From Octopus sinensis (taxonomy: Eukaryota), in the NCBI RefSeq assembly GCF_006345805.1, contig NW_021829178.1, positions 1-6,980 of the forward strand: a DNA stretch of 6,980 nt. Reading direction: 5' to 3'. The notes under the pieces were generated by a model. That model saw only the letters and a program-made list of their open reading frames with translations. It was not told the origin of the DNA and did not search any database. Below, piece by piece: positions 6,662-6,980 of this stretch (its first letter is position 1; each line of letters starts with the position of its first letter). The position numbers were made by a program, and so were the translations under genes.

Positions 6662-6980
6662 TGAATAGAGAGTATAAAAAAATCTTGTGGTAGTTTATGT
6701 GAGAAGTGTAGGTGGAGAGATGTAATTAACAGGGGTGGGGATGGCAGCTAGACAGAAGATGATGGTGTGTCTGATGAATGTTTGCCCCCCCCCGCCCCCA
6801 AATGTGAGAAAAGGAGCGGTGAGGATAAAATAGAGGAAAGAATTTGTTGAAGAAGTGTAGTTTGAGATTTCGGTGTGACGTAGGTATCTCGCCAAATTGT
6901 ACATTACATACAAATGGATGAACTGTCGTCACAAGCAGGAAGATACACACTCTTACATGCAAACATACAAATACATAGAA

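Noticed and set aside
6771-6812. CTGATGA followed by a weak hairpin and GAGAAA, resembling a second hammerhead
   Set aside because: GAAA does not directly follow the stem, and I could find no stem I or stem III partner or NUH site.

Overview
Repeat-dominated eukaryotic non-coding DNA with no complete host gene. The repeat families and microsatellite load resemble Octopus (Cephalopoda), which is an inference from my recollection of these repeats. From left to right it contains: a near-complete tRNA-headed SINE (469-896, -) and a truncated copy; a 13-copy 42-bp minisatellite whose every unit carries a perfect palindromic CRE (TGACGTCA, ~1497-2037); three decayed same-orientation copies of a second SINE (2298-2886); the dead 3' end of a CR1/L2-type LINE (3203-3697, -); the 3' part of a Penelope-like element (GIY-YIG C-terminus, a tRNA-like A/B-box segment and a minimal hammerhead ribozyme; 3698-4400, -); a third SINE (4435-4655, -); a unique island with a possible 79-nt exon (4955-5033); and long compound microsatellites containing an exact 89-bp direct duplication. 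Most ORFs in the track are microsatellite or SINE artefacts. The most interesting signals are the helically phased CRE array and the Penelope tRNA-like/hammerhead module.
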